A DNA stretch of 50,946 bases from an uncultured Candidatus Saccharibacteria bacterium (GCA_964358425.1 CAYHON010000001.1:21609-72554); one strand, 5' to 3'; positions 1 through 9,867 are shown, counted from the first letter of the stretch. The notes: generated from the sequence alone by a model not told the origin. Made by a program: numbers and translations.

Positions 1-53
1 ATCACTTTGTCTTCTACGTCTATGAATTGGGGTACTTGAAATTGTTGGGTCAT
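1..53 (-). CDS. 5' end of an ORF running off the window (MTQQFQVPQFIDVEDKV...); PrgI/VirB3-like N-terminus is possible
   Basis: The ATG lies at 53-51, 5 nt after the stop of 59..799. The N-terminal pattern QVPQFI-x-EDK resembles PrgI-family (Gram-positive T4SS VirB3-like) proteins as I remember them. Only 17 codons are visible. Confidence 0.3.
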   Translation of the reverse strand, partial: MTQQFQVPQFIDVEDKV

Positions 54-58
54 ATAAA

Positions 59-799
59 TTATTCCTCAATGGGTTCCCTATAAATATCTCCGCCCGTAGC
101 CGGCAGTTTTTTTTCGGGGGTTGGTGGTGGCGGGGTTGGTTTGGGAGCGATTATTTCAACCCGTCTTAAATCTATGGTCGGGGTTGTGGCTTCGGGCGGC
201 GTAACGGCAGTTTCAATCTTTTTCGGTATTTCAATTACATTGGGAGATCCGGCGGGTACTTTGGGTGCCTCGGGTTTGCTCGGCGCTATTATCGGAGATA
301 AAACAGCCGGTACCGGAACAGCTGTAGCGACTGAAGGCTGACTTTTTATTTCCTCCAGACTTCTTTCAGCCATAGGTTTCAATCCCTTCATAAACTCCGG
401 GATAGCTTTTTTGTCCTCGGTGAGAGCTTGAGGCGAGGGAGCCGGGGCCACAGAAATCTGGCTGTCTTTTATTTCCATCTGATGGGTTGATTGCAGAAGA
501 TCGCGCAGAGGAAAAAGTATTTGGTGGTTGATATCGGCGGCAATAGCCTGACACACCACATCCGATACAGCCAGACGGTCTTTCAAGGACGCGGCAAATT
601 CTTCAGGGTGAGTCAGTCCTAAAATTATTCTGCCGGTTTCCTCCGCCAAAATTCCTATTTGCTCAATACTCAATCCGTTTTTTTTGCCGATATCAAATAT
701 CTTATCTGCCGTGTCGGGGCTTAGTACCGCGTCCTTTAGGGGCGGGGGAAGCTTTTGGAAACGCTCTTCAAGTTGTTGGGGGGTGTATTGTTGGGCCAT
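59..799 (-). CDS. Hypothetical protein with a helical N-domain and a Pro/Ala-rich C-terminal half
   Basis: It is a 246 aa ORF tightly packed (7 nt) after 806..3466. The low-complexity tail is P/T/A-rich. No catalytic motif was recognised. Confidence 0.6.
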   Translation of the reverse strand: MAQQYTPQQLEERFQKLPPPLKDAVLSPDTADKIFDIGKKNGLSIEQIGILAEETGRIILGLTHPEEFAASLKDRLAVSDVVCQAIAADINHQILFPLRDLLQSTHQMEIKDSQISVAPAPSPQALTEDKKAIPEFMKGLKPMAERSLEEIKSQPSVATAVPVPAVLSPIIAPSKPEAPKVPAGSPNVIEIPKKIETAVTPPEATTPTIDLRRVEIIAPKPTPPPPTPEKKLPATGGDIYREPIEE

Positions 800-805
800 A
801 ATATT

Positions 806-3466
806 TTAGGGATTATTGGCGCTCTTAAAGGTTGTCCCGGTCGGAGGACCTCCGGCGGGAGGCTGTCCGCCCGCGGGAATATTTACGGAAGCCGACGGGG
901 GCGCGGGCGGTTTTCCTCCTCCTTGTTGTCCTCCGCGAGTCGGGTCAACATCCGTAAAGGTAGCGTCCTGTGCTTGGGCATTTAAGGGCGAGCTACCCCC
1001 TCCTCCGCCTCTCGTGGACGGCCCACTGGTAAATCCTCCGCCGGGAGCCGTATATCCGGCCTGTCCCGGTTCGGGCGGCTTTGTTCCCTCATCTTTTTTC
1101 TTTAGGGGTGTAGGTTTTTTTTGATTTCCGCGGCTGCCGGCGGCCCTTACTTTATCTGCTAAGAAATCAGGCACGCCTCCGATGCCGTCAAACTCTCTTG
1201 AGGCGCGGCCCGCCATATAGCGCATATAACTGCCGTGGGTAACAGAGTCTTTTTCTTCCAGATTTTTCCAGTTATTCCGAGCCGCTTCCTGTCCCGCCTG
1301 GGTACCGTCGCCTTTCCAAGCTTTCTGGATAGAAGCATTAAGGTCATTACGGGCCTGCACAGGCAGGGTAAACAACGACTTCATCGTCTCCCGCAGTTTG
1401 TCTACGGAGCCGGACATAAAGATAAGATCGTGAACTAAATCGTCGCGCTTGCCGGAATCAACGCTCTTCCAGTCTATATTGGCCACGTCTTCGGGTTTCA
1501 TCTTATCCATAACTATCATGCGCGCGGCCTGCTCTTCCGTAACCGTCCGTCCTCGGTCTTTCAGCTCGGAGGCGACTCTCTCCTGAGCCTTCTCTTTCCC
1601 GCCGGGGACGTTCTGGGCGGTTATCAAGTCGGGTCTTGATTTCAAGATAGTAAGCACAGCTTTTTCTCCAAACTGCTCGGCTATTTTCAACGAGGCTTCA
1701 GTACTAACCCCGGCGTCCTTAAGTTTACCCGATTCTTTCCGTTCATAGATAACCGAGTCAATAGCTGCCAATTTCTGCTTCTCCCAGAAAGGAGTGCGTT
1801 TACGTTCTTGTATGAGAAAATCGGTGGATTTTTTGTTGGTTTCCCCTTTTTCTTTTTCAAAACCGGCTTTCTGTCCCTCCATAAATTCGGCAACGCGGCG
1901 CGTGCCGGGAGCCGCAAGTACCGCCGCCACTCCTCCGAGTACCGGTATTTTGCCGATACCTCCTATGGCCTTTTCTATCCGCGGAGCCTGCTGGCGAGCC
2001 AAAGCACCGGCGGCCATAGTGGCTCCACCCGTGGCCGCGCCTAGCGCGAACGTGCCGATTTTCTGCGCTCCCCCAATGGCGGCATCCGCCATCGCCCCTC
2101 CCGTTTTCTTGGCAAATTTTACTGCCATAATCATGAGACCCAGCGCCATCAGCATCTGCATAATCCGCGATAAATCAAGATAGGCAACGGTGCTTTTAGT
2201 CTGACTGGTGCCCTGATCAAACTGCTGAAGCATTACCAAGCTTAAATAAAACAGGAAATAAAATCCGGGGGCAAAAAACGCCCAGCGGAAAAGCGCGCTC
2301 GTCCACATATTCCAATATCCTTTCAGACTTCCCACGGGTACGACCTGTGTTAAAAGAGCCAGCGGCGCGAAGATAGACAGCACTATCATCGCCAGCATGC
2401 GGATGGTTAAGGTTACGGCCGCGACCAGAAAAGCGACGATAGTGATAAATATAAATATACTGCCGATAGCCAGATTAATGGATGAATTTAAATTTCGAGC
2501 GAAAGAATTTTCAAAATAATTGCCGACCAGAGTGTCAATTATAGCCCCGGTAATGCCTCCAGCCACACAACCAAAAGGACCGACTAGCAGGCCCGCCGCG
2601 CAACCGGCCGCAGCGCCCGTAAGTAAATCGGCTTGGGCGTTCTGGACGCCTAAAGTAGCGAGAACCGAAGTTTTGATGCCAAAGTCATACTGATTTTTTC
2701 TCTGGTCTATCATCGCCACCTGATACCTTTCTTCAGCCTGTTTTTTACCGACAATTTCATTTTTAGTAACTTCATCTATGGAACCTATAACCGTCTGTAC
2801 TTTAAGGGCGTTGGCCATGACTCCGGCCACATCTTGGGGAATCTGGTTGGCAAAAACTTTGGCAAAAGCATTGCTGAAGCCAAAGACGGCGGTCACCGCC
2901 ACTAAACTAAAATTTATGAGCATAGCCACCACTAGCACTCTGACAAAAAGTTTTTTACCCCCAAGCTGTTCCACTCCGAAGATGATAGTGAAGGCAATCC
3001 ATAAAATGATAAGTATAAAAAGAGAGTTGGCAATATCGCGCGAAATAGTCCAGCCCGCCTGCACCACTTTCCAATCCGCCGGGTTCAAGCCGACATTGGC
3101 CTGGAAAGTATAATTCAAGAGGCCGGCGGCATAAACTAAAATAGTGCTCAAGACATATTGAACAAAATAAAGAATTGTGCTGATTCCCCACATAACCGTG
3201 GTGGCGACGGGCCCTCCTCCTACTCCTTCTAACGAGGCCTTTCCTGCGTTGGAGGTGGCGGTTGTATCGGCTCCGGCTCCGGCGGCGGTTGCTCCTGCAG
3301 TTCCCGTTGCACCTCCTGCCGGAGTGACTAAACGGCCCTCCTCACGAAGTTTCTCCCCCATTTGAGCTGAGGATAGCAGAGGAGATAAAGCAATCAACAA
3401 AAATCCAGCGAGGACAAGTAAGGTCGCTACCCGAAGTTTATTTTTTTGTCGCAGGAAATTAATCAC
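806..3466 (-). CDS. Large polytopic membrane protein; candidate VirB6/TrbL-like channel component with a long cytoplasmic tail and a Gly/Pro-rich C-terminus
   Basis: The 886 aa ORF has an N-terminal signal/TM segment (LLVLAGFLLIALSPLL), a G/A/T-rich linker and about 8-10 hydrophobic segments between roughly aa 90 and 470. A K/E-rich region follows, then a GGGGG/PPAGG tail. The VirB6-like call comes from architecture and context only. Confidence 0.45.
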   Translation of the reverse strand: MINFLRQKNKLRVATLLVLAGFLLIALSPLLSSAQMGEKLREEGRLVTPAGGATGTAGATAAGAGADTTATSNAGKASLEGVGGGPVATTVMWGISTILYFVQYVLSTILVYAAGLLNYTFQANVGLNPADWKVVQAGWTISRDIANSLFILIILWIAFTIIFGVEQLGGKKLFVRVLVVAMLINFSLVAVTAVFGFSNAFAKVFANQIPQDVAGVMANALKVQTVIGSIDEVTKNEIVGKKQAEERYQVAMIDQRKNQYDFGIKTSVLATLGVQNAQADLLTGAAAGCAAGLLVGPFGCVAGGITGAIIDTLVGNYFENSFARNLNSSINLAIGSIFIFITIVAFLVAAVTLTIRMLAMIVLSIFAPLALLTQVVPVGSLKGYWNMWTSALFRWAFFAPGFYFLFYLSLVMLQQFDQGTSQTKSTVAYLDLSRIMQMLMALGLMIMAVKFAKKTGGAMADAAIGGAQKIGTFALGAATGGATMAAGALARQQAPRIEKAIGGIGKIPVLGGVAAVLAAPGTRRVAEFMEGQKAGFEKEKGETNKKSTDFLIQERKRTPFWEKQKLAAIDSVIYERKESGKLKDAGVSTEASLKIAEQFGEKAVLTILKSRPDLITAQNVPGGKEKAQERVASELKDRGRTVTEEQAARMIVMDKMKPEDVANIDWKSVDSGKRDDLVHDLIFMSGSVDKLRETMKSLFTLPVQARNDLNASIQKAWKGDGTQAGQEAARNNWKNLEEKDSVTHGSYMRYMAGRASREFDGIGGVPDFLADKVRAAGSRGNQKKPTPLKKKDEGTKPPEPGQAGYTAPGGGFTSGPSTRGGGGGSSPLNAQAQDATFTDVDPTRGGQQGGGKPPAPPSASVNIPAGGQPPAGGPPTGTTFKSANNP

Positions 3467-3471
3467 GTGTT

Positions 3472-5835
3472 CTAAGGACCATAATTAATGTCATTAAGAT
3501 AGTTTAGATCGGGCGCCGGCGGGATAAAAATTCCACCGCCTGAAGCTGGGGGCTGATAAATCGGAGTGGTTTGAGTGGTTGGAGTCGCCGAACCGGTAGA
3601 TCCGGAAGCGGAAGCCGGCTGATCCGGAGTTATATCCAAAGCAATTCCCAAGATATAGGCGATAGTTTCATCCGTTTTCAGGCTGGTATCCAGGGCCGCG
3701 TTGAAATTATCTATATTATTCAGGAGATATTGGCGCAGACTGTTGGGATCTGATTCATCCAAGTTGCCCGTATTTAATTTCTGTTGGAGATCAATGAAAG
3801 TCTGCCGATAGCTTGAGTGAAGGAGGCTGTTCCACCTTTCTATGTCCGTGTATTGATTAACGTTGAGCGTGGGCAGAGAGCGGAAGTTTATGTTGTCCAG
3901 CTGGACTATTTTATTCGCGCTGGTGTTGATATGTTTTTGAAACTCATCCGGTATTTTGCGCAGATTGTTGTCTGTGTTGCCGTAAAGAGTATATTGAGGA
4001 GCGAGCGGGACAGATGACCCGGACAGGACATTGGTAAGCCTGATATCCAAATTGCTTATGCCTAAACCAATCAATGGTTCTTGGATGTTTTCTCCGTTTT
4101 CTAAAATCTGCCAGAGGCGCCCAAGCGCTTCTTTTTTTATCTGGATTAAATCAGCCTTGGTTTTTAAGTGGTCTTTGTAGCTGGCATAGTTTCCGCGGGA
4201 AAGATAAATAGCGGTTGCTATCTGCTCACGGGAAGTGTTGTAGACGTTTTGTGCGACACCCGGATCAAAAACCGTATTTGGTTCAATGTCTACTCCGGAC
4301 GGCGGAGGGGCAATCTCTATCCCCCCGCTGGATATATTCTGGGTGATATTGCCGACGATGGAGGTCAAGATATTTTGTTCCAAATAATCCAAAGCGCCAT
4401 CCGTTTTGGCCAAAAGAGCCAAGATGGGTATATTAATCGGAGGACCTTGGTCGGTGCCTTCAGCCGTGGTGTCTTGGGCGGCTTCCTCATTGCTAGCGGC
4501 GTTGGCCAACCCGTTGCCGGCTTGATTTTCAAGATCAGCTTGTTTATCAAACATACCCCTTCCTTTTCCACTGCTACCCCCAATCAACTTATTGATAGAG
4601 GCCTGTATTACGGAGGAAATAAGGTTATCCATCTCGTTGCCCACGACGGCCACGTCAATACCCGACCCCAAAGATTTATTGAGCAGAAAAGCGGCGGTCT
4701 GGCCCGGGGTTTTGGTTACTCTTTTGGAGGTGCAGGTTACTGGAGGGTCGATCAAGTTGCCATTTTTATCTTTTTCGGCCCCCATCGTTTTTAGTTTATT
4801 GTTAATTGCCTTCTGGATCCGCTGTTCCTGGGCAAAACTAGAGCCTCCAGCCAGCCCGGTATCTTGTATCCCCAGACTTTCCACCACTTGTTTTCTCAAT
4901 CCTCCCACATTTATCGGCTCGCAATTTTTTTCTTCCACCTGAAATCCTAAAAACCCCGCGCCCACCTGATATCCGGTTTGGATGTTTTGGGCGGTGGCCG
5001 TCTCAGCGCTCACTTTGGCGTCCAGCGCTATTAAATAAGCCCCATAGGGATTGTTTTGGGGAGTGAGCGAGTAGCTTACATACGCCGGCCAGCCTCCGCG
5101 GAAATTTCTTTGAAAATCATTGTAAGTATACTTGATGTTGCTGACCACACCCGATGCGGTGCATCCGAGGGCGCGGTTTAGTCCGTAATAAGAATCCCGT
5201 TCCGAGGGCAGCTGCAGGCGCAGTCGGACGAAGTAATTAATATTGCCGCACATATTGATACCCGTAATCTGGTTGATAAACTGTCCGGCCTGCAAATTGA
5301 GCTCCTTGCGCAACTCGTCCCGCAGGTTGCCGACAAAGCCGACGTTGTTGCGTCCGTTGGGATCATACCCTTGAATCCACATGAGAAGACTGTGGTTGAG
5401 CGAGCGGATAAGCATGGTTGAGAGCCGTGTCATAAACGGCTTCATGATGCATTCTTTCATGGAAATTTCATCAAGTTTGCTTACTATAGGCGAATCTTTG
5501 TCCTCTCTGGTGGTTGTTACCTTTTTTCCTCCAAAAAAGCCCTTGAAAAAATTGCTTACTGATTTAATTACCGGTCCAAAAGGAGGAGGTGCGTTTTCAG
5601 CCGCTTTTAAAAGACCAGCTCCAACTTTTTTGAGACCAACCTTTAGATAGTGAGCTCCCAAAGACAATATCTTTCCTCCTATTTTACCCGCGACGCAGGT
5701 ACCGGTGGCTACTGCAAGTATTTTACCCGCATCACCCAAAAGTCCGGCCTTGGTGTCCAGAGGAATGGAAGACAGCATCAGTAAAACACTAACGAGCAGG
5801 AGAGCTGAAACTGATTTTTGTAAGTAGGGAGACAT
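3472..5835 (-). CDS. Large secreted or cell-surface protein of unknown function
   Basis: The ORF-track frame is 3472..5883. I prefer the start at M17 (cat at 5833-5835), which yields a classical signal peptide (MSPYLQKSVSALLLVSVLLMLSS) and removes the overlap with 5843..6841. Confidence 0.6.
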   Translation of the reverse strand: MSPYLQKSVSALLLVSVLLMLSSIPLDTKAGLLGDAGKILAVATGTCVAGKIGGKILSLGAHYLKVGLKKVGAGLLKAAENAPPPFGPVIKSVSNFFKGFFGGKKVTTTREDKDSPIVSKLDEISMKECIMKPFMTRLSTMLIRSLNHSLLMWIQGYDPNGRNNVGFVGNLRDELRKELNLQAGQFINQITGINMCGNINYFVRLRLQLPSERDSYYGLNRALGCTASGVVSNIKYTYNDFQRNFRGGWPAYVSYSLTPQNNPYGAYLIALDAKVSAETATAQNIQTGYQVGAGFLGFQVEEKNCEPINVGGLRKQVVESLGIQDTGLAGGSSFAQEQRIQKAINNKLKTMGAEKDKNGNLIDPPVTCTSKRVTKTPGQTAAFLLNKSLGSGIDVAVVGNEMDNLISSVIQASINKLIGGSSGKGRGMFDKQADLENQAGNGLANAASNEEAAQDTTAEGTDQGPPINIPILALLAKTDGALDYLEQNILTSIVGNITQNISSGGIEIAPPPSGVDIEPNTVFDPGVAQNVYNTSREQIATAIYLSRGNYASYKDHLKTKADLIQIKKEALGRLWQILENGENIQEPLIGLGISNLDIRLTNVLSGSSVPLAPQYTLYGNTDNNLRKIPDEFQKHINTSANKIVQLDNINFRSLPTLNVNQYTDIERWNSLLHSSYRQTFIDLQQKLNTGNLDESDPNSLRQYLLNNIDNFNAALDTSLKTDETIAYILGIALDITPDQPASASGSTGSATPTTQTTPIYQPPASGGGIFIPPAPDLNYLNDINYGP

Positions 5836-5842
5836 AAAAAAT

Positions 5843-6841
5843 TTAGAGCATTTTATTTTCGTAAAGCCAGTTAACCAAATCACCCTCGTTTAGTTTTTGG
5901 GCCTCTACTTTCAAATCTACCCGCAGAGGTATGACAGCCATGGCGGAGGCCGGATCGTTTTCGGCGTTCTCAAACGCCCGCAATTGTTTAGCTGACTCCT
6001 CTGTGAGCCATATTTCTTGGGCATGGAACCAAGCTAAACTTTTAGGGGCGACTAATTCTCGTAAATCCTTAGCCGATTTTTCCGCCGCTTCGCGATACGG
6101 GGTAATTTCTCTTAGGCGCGCGAGGTCGTTGGATTGGATTATTTCCAGAAACAAATCCATATCATCCTCTTCGCCTGTGTTTTGAGAATTTCTAGTGGCT
6201 ATCTCCCCGACTTTTTTCAAATAGTCAAAGATAGCTGTTTTACTTATATCCTCGCTTATTTTTATATCTTTAACTTCTCCGGCAACAAATTGTCCTGCGG
6301 TCTGCGTCGGTGGCTGGATATTTTGTTGGACAAACTCCTCAACTTTTTTAGACACCGCCTCGCTGGCCTTTTTGCGGTCGGCAGATTGTCCTTGAAACAT
6401 CGCGGCTGTACCTCCTTGGCGCAGAAACTCATTGAAAATAAGGTCGGTCAGATTTTTAGTGCTGGAGGGTATGGAGTCGGATTTTCCCACCAGGCTGGCC
6501 GAATCATAGGGACCTTTTACCAAGGGATTCCTCCCGGCTTTTATCTCTTCGCCGTCCTGCGTGCCGTCTCCGTCGGTATCGGGATTTTGCGGATGGGTCC
6601 CGTAAAGCTCTTCTTCCCATGCCTGTAGATTATCGTGATCATCGTCGGTCAATAAAGTATTTTGGGGTGAGGGCACAGCTTGAACCGCTCGGGGAGCCGA
6701 ATCACTTTTTGAAAACCAATTTTTTATAGCCGAAAAATTTAAGAACGCAATCAAAATCACAGCCAATCCAAAACCGGCCCAGAGCATTTGTTTGTTTCCT
6801 GACGCCAGAATATGGCGTGTCGCTTTTTTTATCGCGTCCAC
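5843..6841 (-). CDS. Membrane-anchored protein with a thrombospondin-type-3-like acidic Ca-binding motif
   Basis: It is 332 aa with an N-terminal TM (MLWAGFGLAVILIAFLNF). The motif NPDTDGDGTQDGEE matches the D-x-D-x-D-G-x-x-D pattern. Confidence 0.55.
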   Translation of the reverse strand: MDAIKKATRHILASGNKQMLWAGFGLAVILIAFLNFSAIKNWFSKSDSAPRAVQAVPSPQNTLLTDDDHDNLQAWEEELYGTHPQNPDTDGDGTQDGEEIKAGRNPLVKGPYDSASLVGKSDSIPSSTKNLTDLIFNEFLRQGGTAAMFQGQSADRKKASEAVSKKVEEFVQQNIQPPTQTAGQFVAGEVKDIKISEDISKTAIFDYLKKVGEIATRNSQNTGEEDDMDLFLEIIQSNDLARLREITPYREAAEKSAKDLRELVAPKSLAWFHAQEIWLTEESAKQLRAFENAENDPASAMAVIPLRVDLKVEAQKLNEGDLVNWLYENKML

Positions 6842-6882
6842 ACCCTTATTTTAACACAGATTAAGCAGGTAAAATGCCCAAG

Positions 6883-7680
6883 TTATGCACAGAGTCTGGC
6901 TATTTCCGCCCATTTTTCAGGAGTCAGCCCCTCCGCCCGTATTTTAGGGTCCAGACCGGCCTTCTCCAGGATGTTTTTGGCCAGTGTTTTATCCCCCAGC
7001 CCTTTAGCCAGGTTGTTTAGTAGAAACTTTCTTTTTTGGGAAAACCCTATTTTGGCTATTTTGAAAAAATGGCTTGGCGAGAGATTGTTTATTTGAAAAA
7101 AATTATCCGAAATGCCGGCTATTTTAAGGATAGCGGAGGAAACTTTAGGTTTGGGCCAGAAACACTCCGGCGGGACTTCTTTGATAATCTCCGGCCGTCC
7201 AAAAACTTGGACAGAGAGGGACAGCAGGCTCATTTTTGGAGGGTGAGCGCAAATCCTCATCCCAACTTCTTTCTGGATGGTTATAACTATGGATTCCGGT
7301 CGGGGGCCTTCTTCCAGCAGCTGGCGCAGAAGGCGGGAGGTTAGGTAGTAGGGAATATTGGCTACTACTTTATAGGAAGTATCTTGCCCGCCTAAGTTTT
7401 TTTTCAAAAAATTTAGGCGGGTTAGGATATCGCCTTCAATAATTTCTAAGTTTGGGTTCTTTGCGGCTAGTTTTTGTAGATTTTCTATCAGACTTTTGTC
7501 TTTTTCAACAGCAATGACCTTTTTAACTTTTTTAAGCAATTCCTGGGTCAATACGCCGGTACCCGGACCTATCTCCAAAACCGTATCGGACATATTTAAA
7601 TTAGCCGTGTTTATCAGAGTATCAATAACCCAGCGGCATTTTAAAAAATTTTGTCCGAGAAGTTTGTTGGGGGTTTTCAT
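6883..7680 (-). CDS. rsmA: 16S rRNA (adenine1518/1519-N6)-dimethyltransferase RsmA/KsgA
   Basis: The sequence shows LGQNFL, the SAM motif LEIGPGTGVLT, and NIPYY. I place the start at M15 (cat 7678-7680), because the 14-codon extension in the ORF track lies inside an inverted-repeat element. Confidence 0.9.
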   Translation of the reverse strand: MKTPNKLLGQNFLKCRWVIDTLINTANLNMSDTVLEIGPGTGVLTQELLKKVKKVIAVEKDKSLIENLQKLAAKNPNLEIIEGDILTRLNFLKKNLGGQDTSYKVVANIPYYLTSRLLRQLLEEGPRPESIVITIQKEVGMRICAHPPKMSLLSLSVQVFGRPEIIKEVPPECFWPKPKVSSAILKIAGISDNFFQINNLSPSHFFKIAKIGFSQKRKFLLNNLAKGLGDKTLAKNILEKAGLDPKIRAEGLTPEKWAEIARLCA

Positions 7681-7700
7681 CTTTTTTACGCCAAACGGAG

Positions 7701-7930
7701 GAAATTGTATCCCTTGAAACACTTAAGGTTGCCGCTGGCATGGTCTGTCAAGGCCGATTATCTACCTTTAATTCGGTTATGCCTTGACAGTGGCGGCAAC
7801 CTTGAGCTGAATCCAAAATCCTCGCTGGGTTGAAGCCAATGATTTGGCTTCAACGGGCAATCCTCTTAAGGATTGCCCCGGGGTTTTACGAGGAGGAAAA
7901 CTTTTGGATGGTTTCAAGGGATATAATTTC
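7701..7930. repeat. 230 bp intergenic element bounded by 20 bp inverted repeats and containing three strong hairpins; MITE-like element or structured RNA
   Basis: GAAATTGTATCCCTTGAAAC (7701-7720) matches the reverse complement of 7911-7930 (GAAATTATATCCCTTGAAAC) at 19/20. Internal hairpins are 7725-7803 (11 bp + 9 bp stems), 7829-7854 (9-11 bp) and 7855-7878 (9 bp). Confidence 0.6.
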
Positions 7931-7935
7931 CGTAG

Positions 7936-9867
7936 TTAATATTCTATTATCCCCACCTCCTCATCTTGTATTTCCATTAAATCCTGCGGTATTTCGGCTA
8001 AAAATCGGGAAGGGGGGTTGGCCTGGATTGAGCCAAAAAGGGTTCGGCGCAGGGCAAAGGACAAAAAAACTTTTTCTTTGGCTCGGGTGAGTCCCACATA
8101 GCACAGCCGGCGCTCTTCCTCCAAGCCAGCCGGACTTAGGAGGGATTTGGTATGGGGAAAAATTCCCTCCTCCAGACCGACCATAAAAACAACCGGGAAT
8201 TCCAACCCTTTGGAAGCATGCAGAGTCATAAGTTGTATAAACCCCTTGGAGTCATCCACCCCATCATCCTTATCGGACATCAGGGAAATGTCTTCCAGCA
8301 TCTTTCCTATTCCCTCACTAGGCGGTAGCTCGTCATATTTTTTGGCGAGGCTTACCAATTCCTGGACGTTCAGCCATCTTTCCTCCGAATTGTCGGCGGT
8401 GTCGTTTAGGTATTCCTGATATTTCAATTTTTGGACCAGATGCCGGACAAATAAAGATGGCGACATTATCTTAGATTGGTTGGATAACTCATCCATAAGC
8501 GTTTCAAAATTCTGGATATTTTTTTCTTTGGAGCCGCCGGGGATATTTTCTTCTTGGGATCTAACCCGTGACGCGTAAATTAAAAAGGTTTTTTTGCCTA
8601 TGCCGCGGGGCGGAGTGTTGATTATCCTTTTTAGACTCAAGAGGTCCTGCCGGTTCAGCAGAAACCGCATATAGGCGATCAAATCTTTTATTTCTTTTCT
8701 TTGATAAAATTTAACCCCCCCGATTATTTTGTAAGGCAGGTTGTTTTCCAGAAAAATCTCCTCCAGCGCCCGGGACTGGGCGTTGGTGCGGTAGAGGACC
8801 ACGGCGTCTTTAAGGGAATACCCCTCTCGGGTCAGGCATTTTATCTGGTTTAAAACAAATTCGGCTTCCGCCTTTTCGTTTTCCAGTACGGCCAAAGAAA
8901 TTTTTTCCCCGCCGGCGCGCGCGGTCCAGAGATTTTTACTTTTTTGTAGGGAGTTGCGGGCAATCAAGCCGGTGGCTGCGTCTAAAATGACCTGGGTAGA
9001 GCGGTAATTCTGGTCCAGAACTATAGTTTTAACCCGCGGCCAATCTTTTTCAAAATTAAGGATGTTGCGAAAATCAGCTCCCCGAAAAGCGTAGATGGCC
9101 TGGGCGTCGTCCCCCACCACGGCTATATTGCCGTGTTTTTGAGCCAATTGGTTTACCAGAACGTATTGGGCCTGGTTTACGTCCTGGTATTCGTCTACGT
9201 TGATGTATTGATAAAGGTCCTGGTATTGTTCCAGAATATTTTTATTTTTTTCAAAAAGAAGCAGACAATTAAAAAGCAGGTCGTCAAAGTCCATGGCGTT
9301 GGCCTCCTGCAGCCGTTTTTGATACAGAGTCCAGATTTTATGGACAGTTTTTGGGAAAAGATCCTCCAGGCCAAACTCTTCGGCGTATTTATCAGGGCCT
9401 ACAAGCTCGTTTTTTAAACCGGAGATGGTGTTGTAAATCAGGCCGGGCGGAAATTGTTTAGGATCTATTTCGGATTCTTTCATTACTCCTTTCAGCAGGG
9501 ATAGGGAGTCATCCTCGTCAAAAATAGTGAAATTTTTAGTGAAGCCGATGCGGCCGGCGTGCTCGCGCAGGATTCTGGCCGCCAAAGAATGAAAAGTTCC
9601 AAGAAAAAGCCGCCCGGAGGAAATTTGCGGAGCGTGGCTTGGTAAAACAACCGCCACTCTTTGCCTCATTTCCCCCGCGGCCTTGTTGGTGAAAGTAAGG
9701 GATAGGATATTTTCCGGCGGAACGCCCTTTTGCAATAAATTAACCAGACGATAGGTAAGAGTTTTGGTTTTACCCGAGCCGGGCCCGGCCAAAATCAAAA
9801 TCGCTCCCTCAGATGTTTCCACCGCCTCTTTTTGCCGTGGGTTTAGGTCTTCTAGTAAATCTGACAT
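7936..9867 (-). CDS. pcrA: ATP-dependent DNA helicase, UvrD/PcrA family
   Basis: It carries Walker A AGPGSGKTKT, the VDEYQD box, and C-terminal helicase motifs (TLHASKGLEFPVVF, VGLTRAK). Confidence 0.9.
   Translation of the reverse strand: MSDLLEDLNPRQKEAVETSEGAILILAGPGSGKTKTLTYRLVNLLQKGVPPENILSLTFTNKAAGEMRQRVAVVLPSHAPQISSGRLFLGTFHSLAARILREHAGRIGFTKNFTIFDEDDSLSLLKGVMKESEIDPKQFPPGLIYNTISGLKNELVGPDKYAEEFGLEDLFPKTVHKIWTLYQKRLQEANAMDFDDLLFNCLLLFEKNKNILEQYQDLYQYINVDEYQDVNQAQYVLVNQLAQKHGNIAVVGDDAQAIYAFRGADFRNILNFEKDWPRVKTIVLDQNYRSTQVILDAATGLIARNSLQKSKNLWTARAGGEKISLAVLENEKAEAEFVLNQIKCLTREGYSLKDAVVLYRTNAQSRALEEIFLENNLPYKIIGGVKFYQRKEIKDLIAYMRFLLNRQDLLSLKRIINTPPRGIGKKTFLIYASRVRSQEENIPGGSKEKNIQNFETLMDELSNQSKIMSPSLFVRHLVQKLKYQEYLNDTADNSEERWLNVQELVSLAKKYDELPPSEGIGKMLEDISLMSDKDDGVDDSKGFIQLMTLHASKGLEFPVVFMVGLEEGIFPHTKSLLSPAGLEEERRLCYVGLTRAKEKVFLSFALRRTLFGSIQANPPSRFLAEIPQDLMEIQDEEVGIIEY

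Noticed and set aside
7681-7722. 14-codon N-terminal extension of rsmA in the ORF track
   Set aside because: The extension is encoded by the left inverted repeat of the 7701-7930 element and is not part of the conserved RsmA N-terminus. The start at 7680 is preferred.
7725-7803. SRP (4.5S) RNA for the long bipartite hairpin
   Set aside because: Neither strand carries the conserved domain IV sequence (GGAA tetraloop with flanking AGCA/GGAAG loops).
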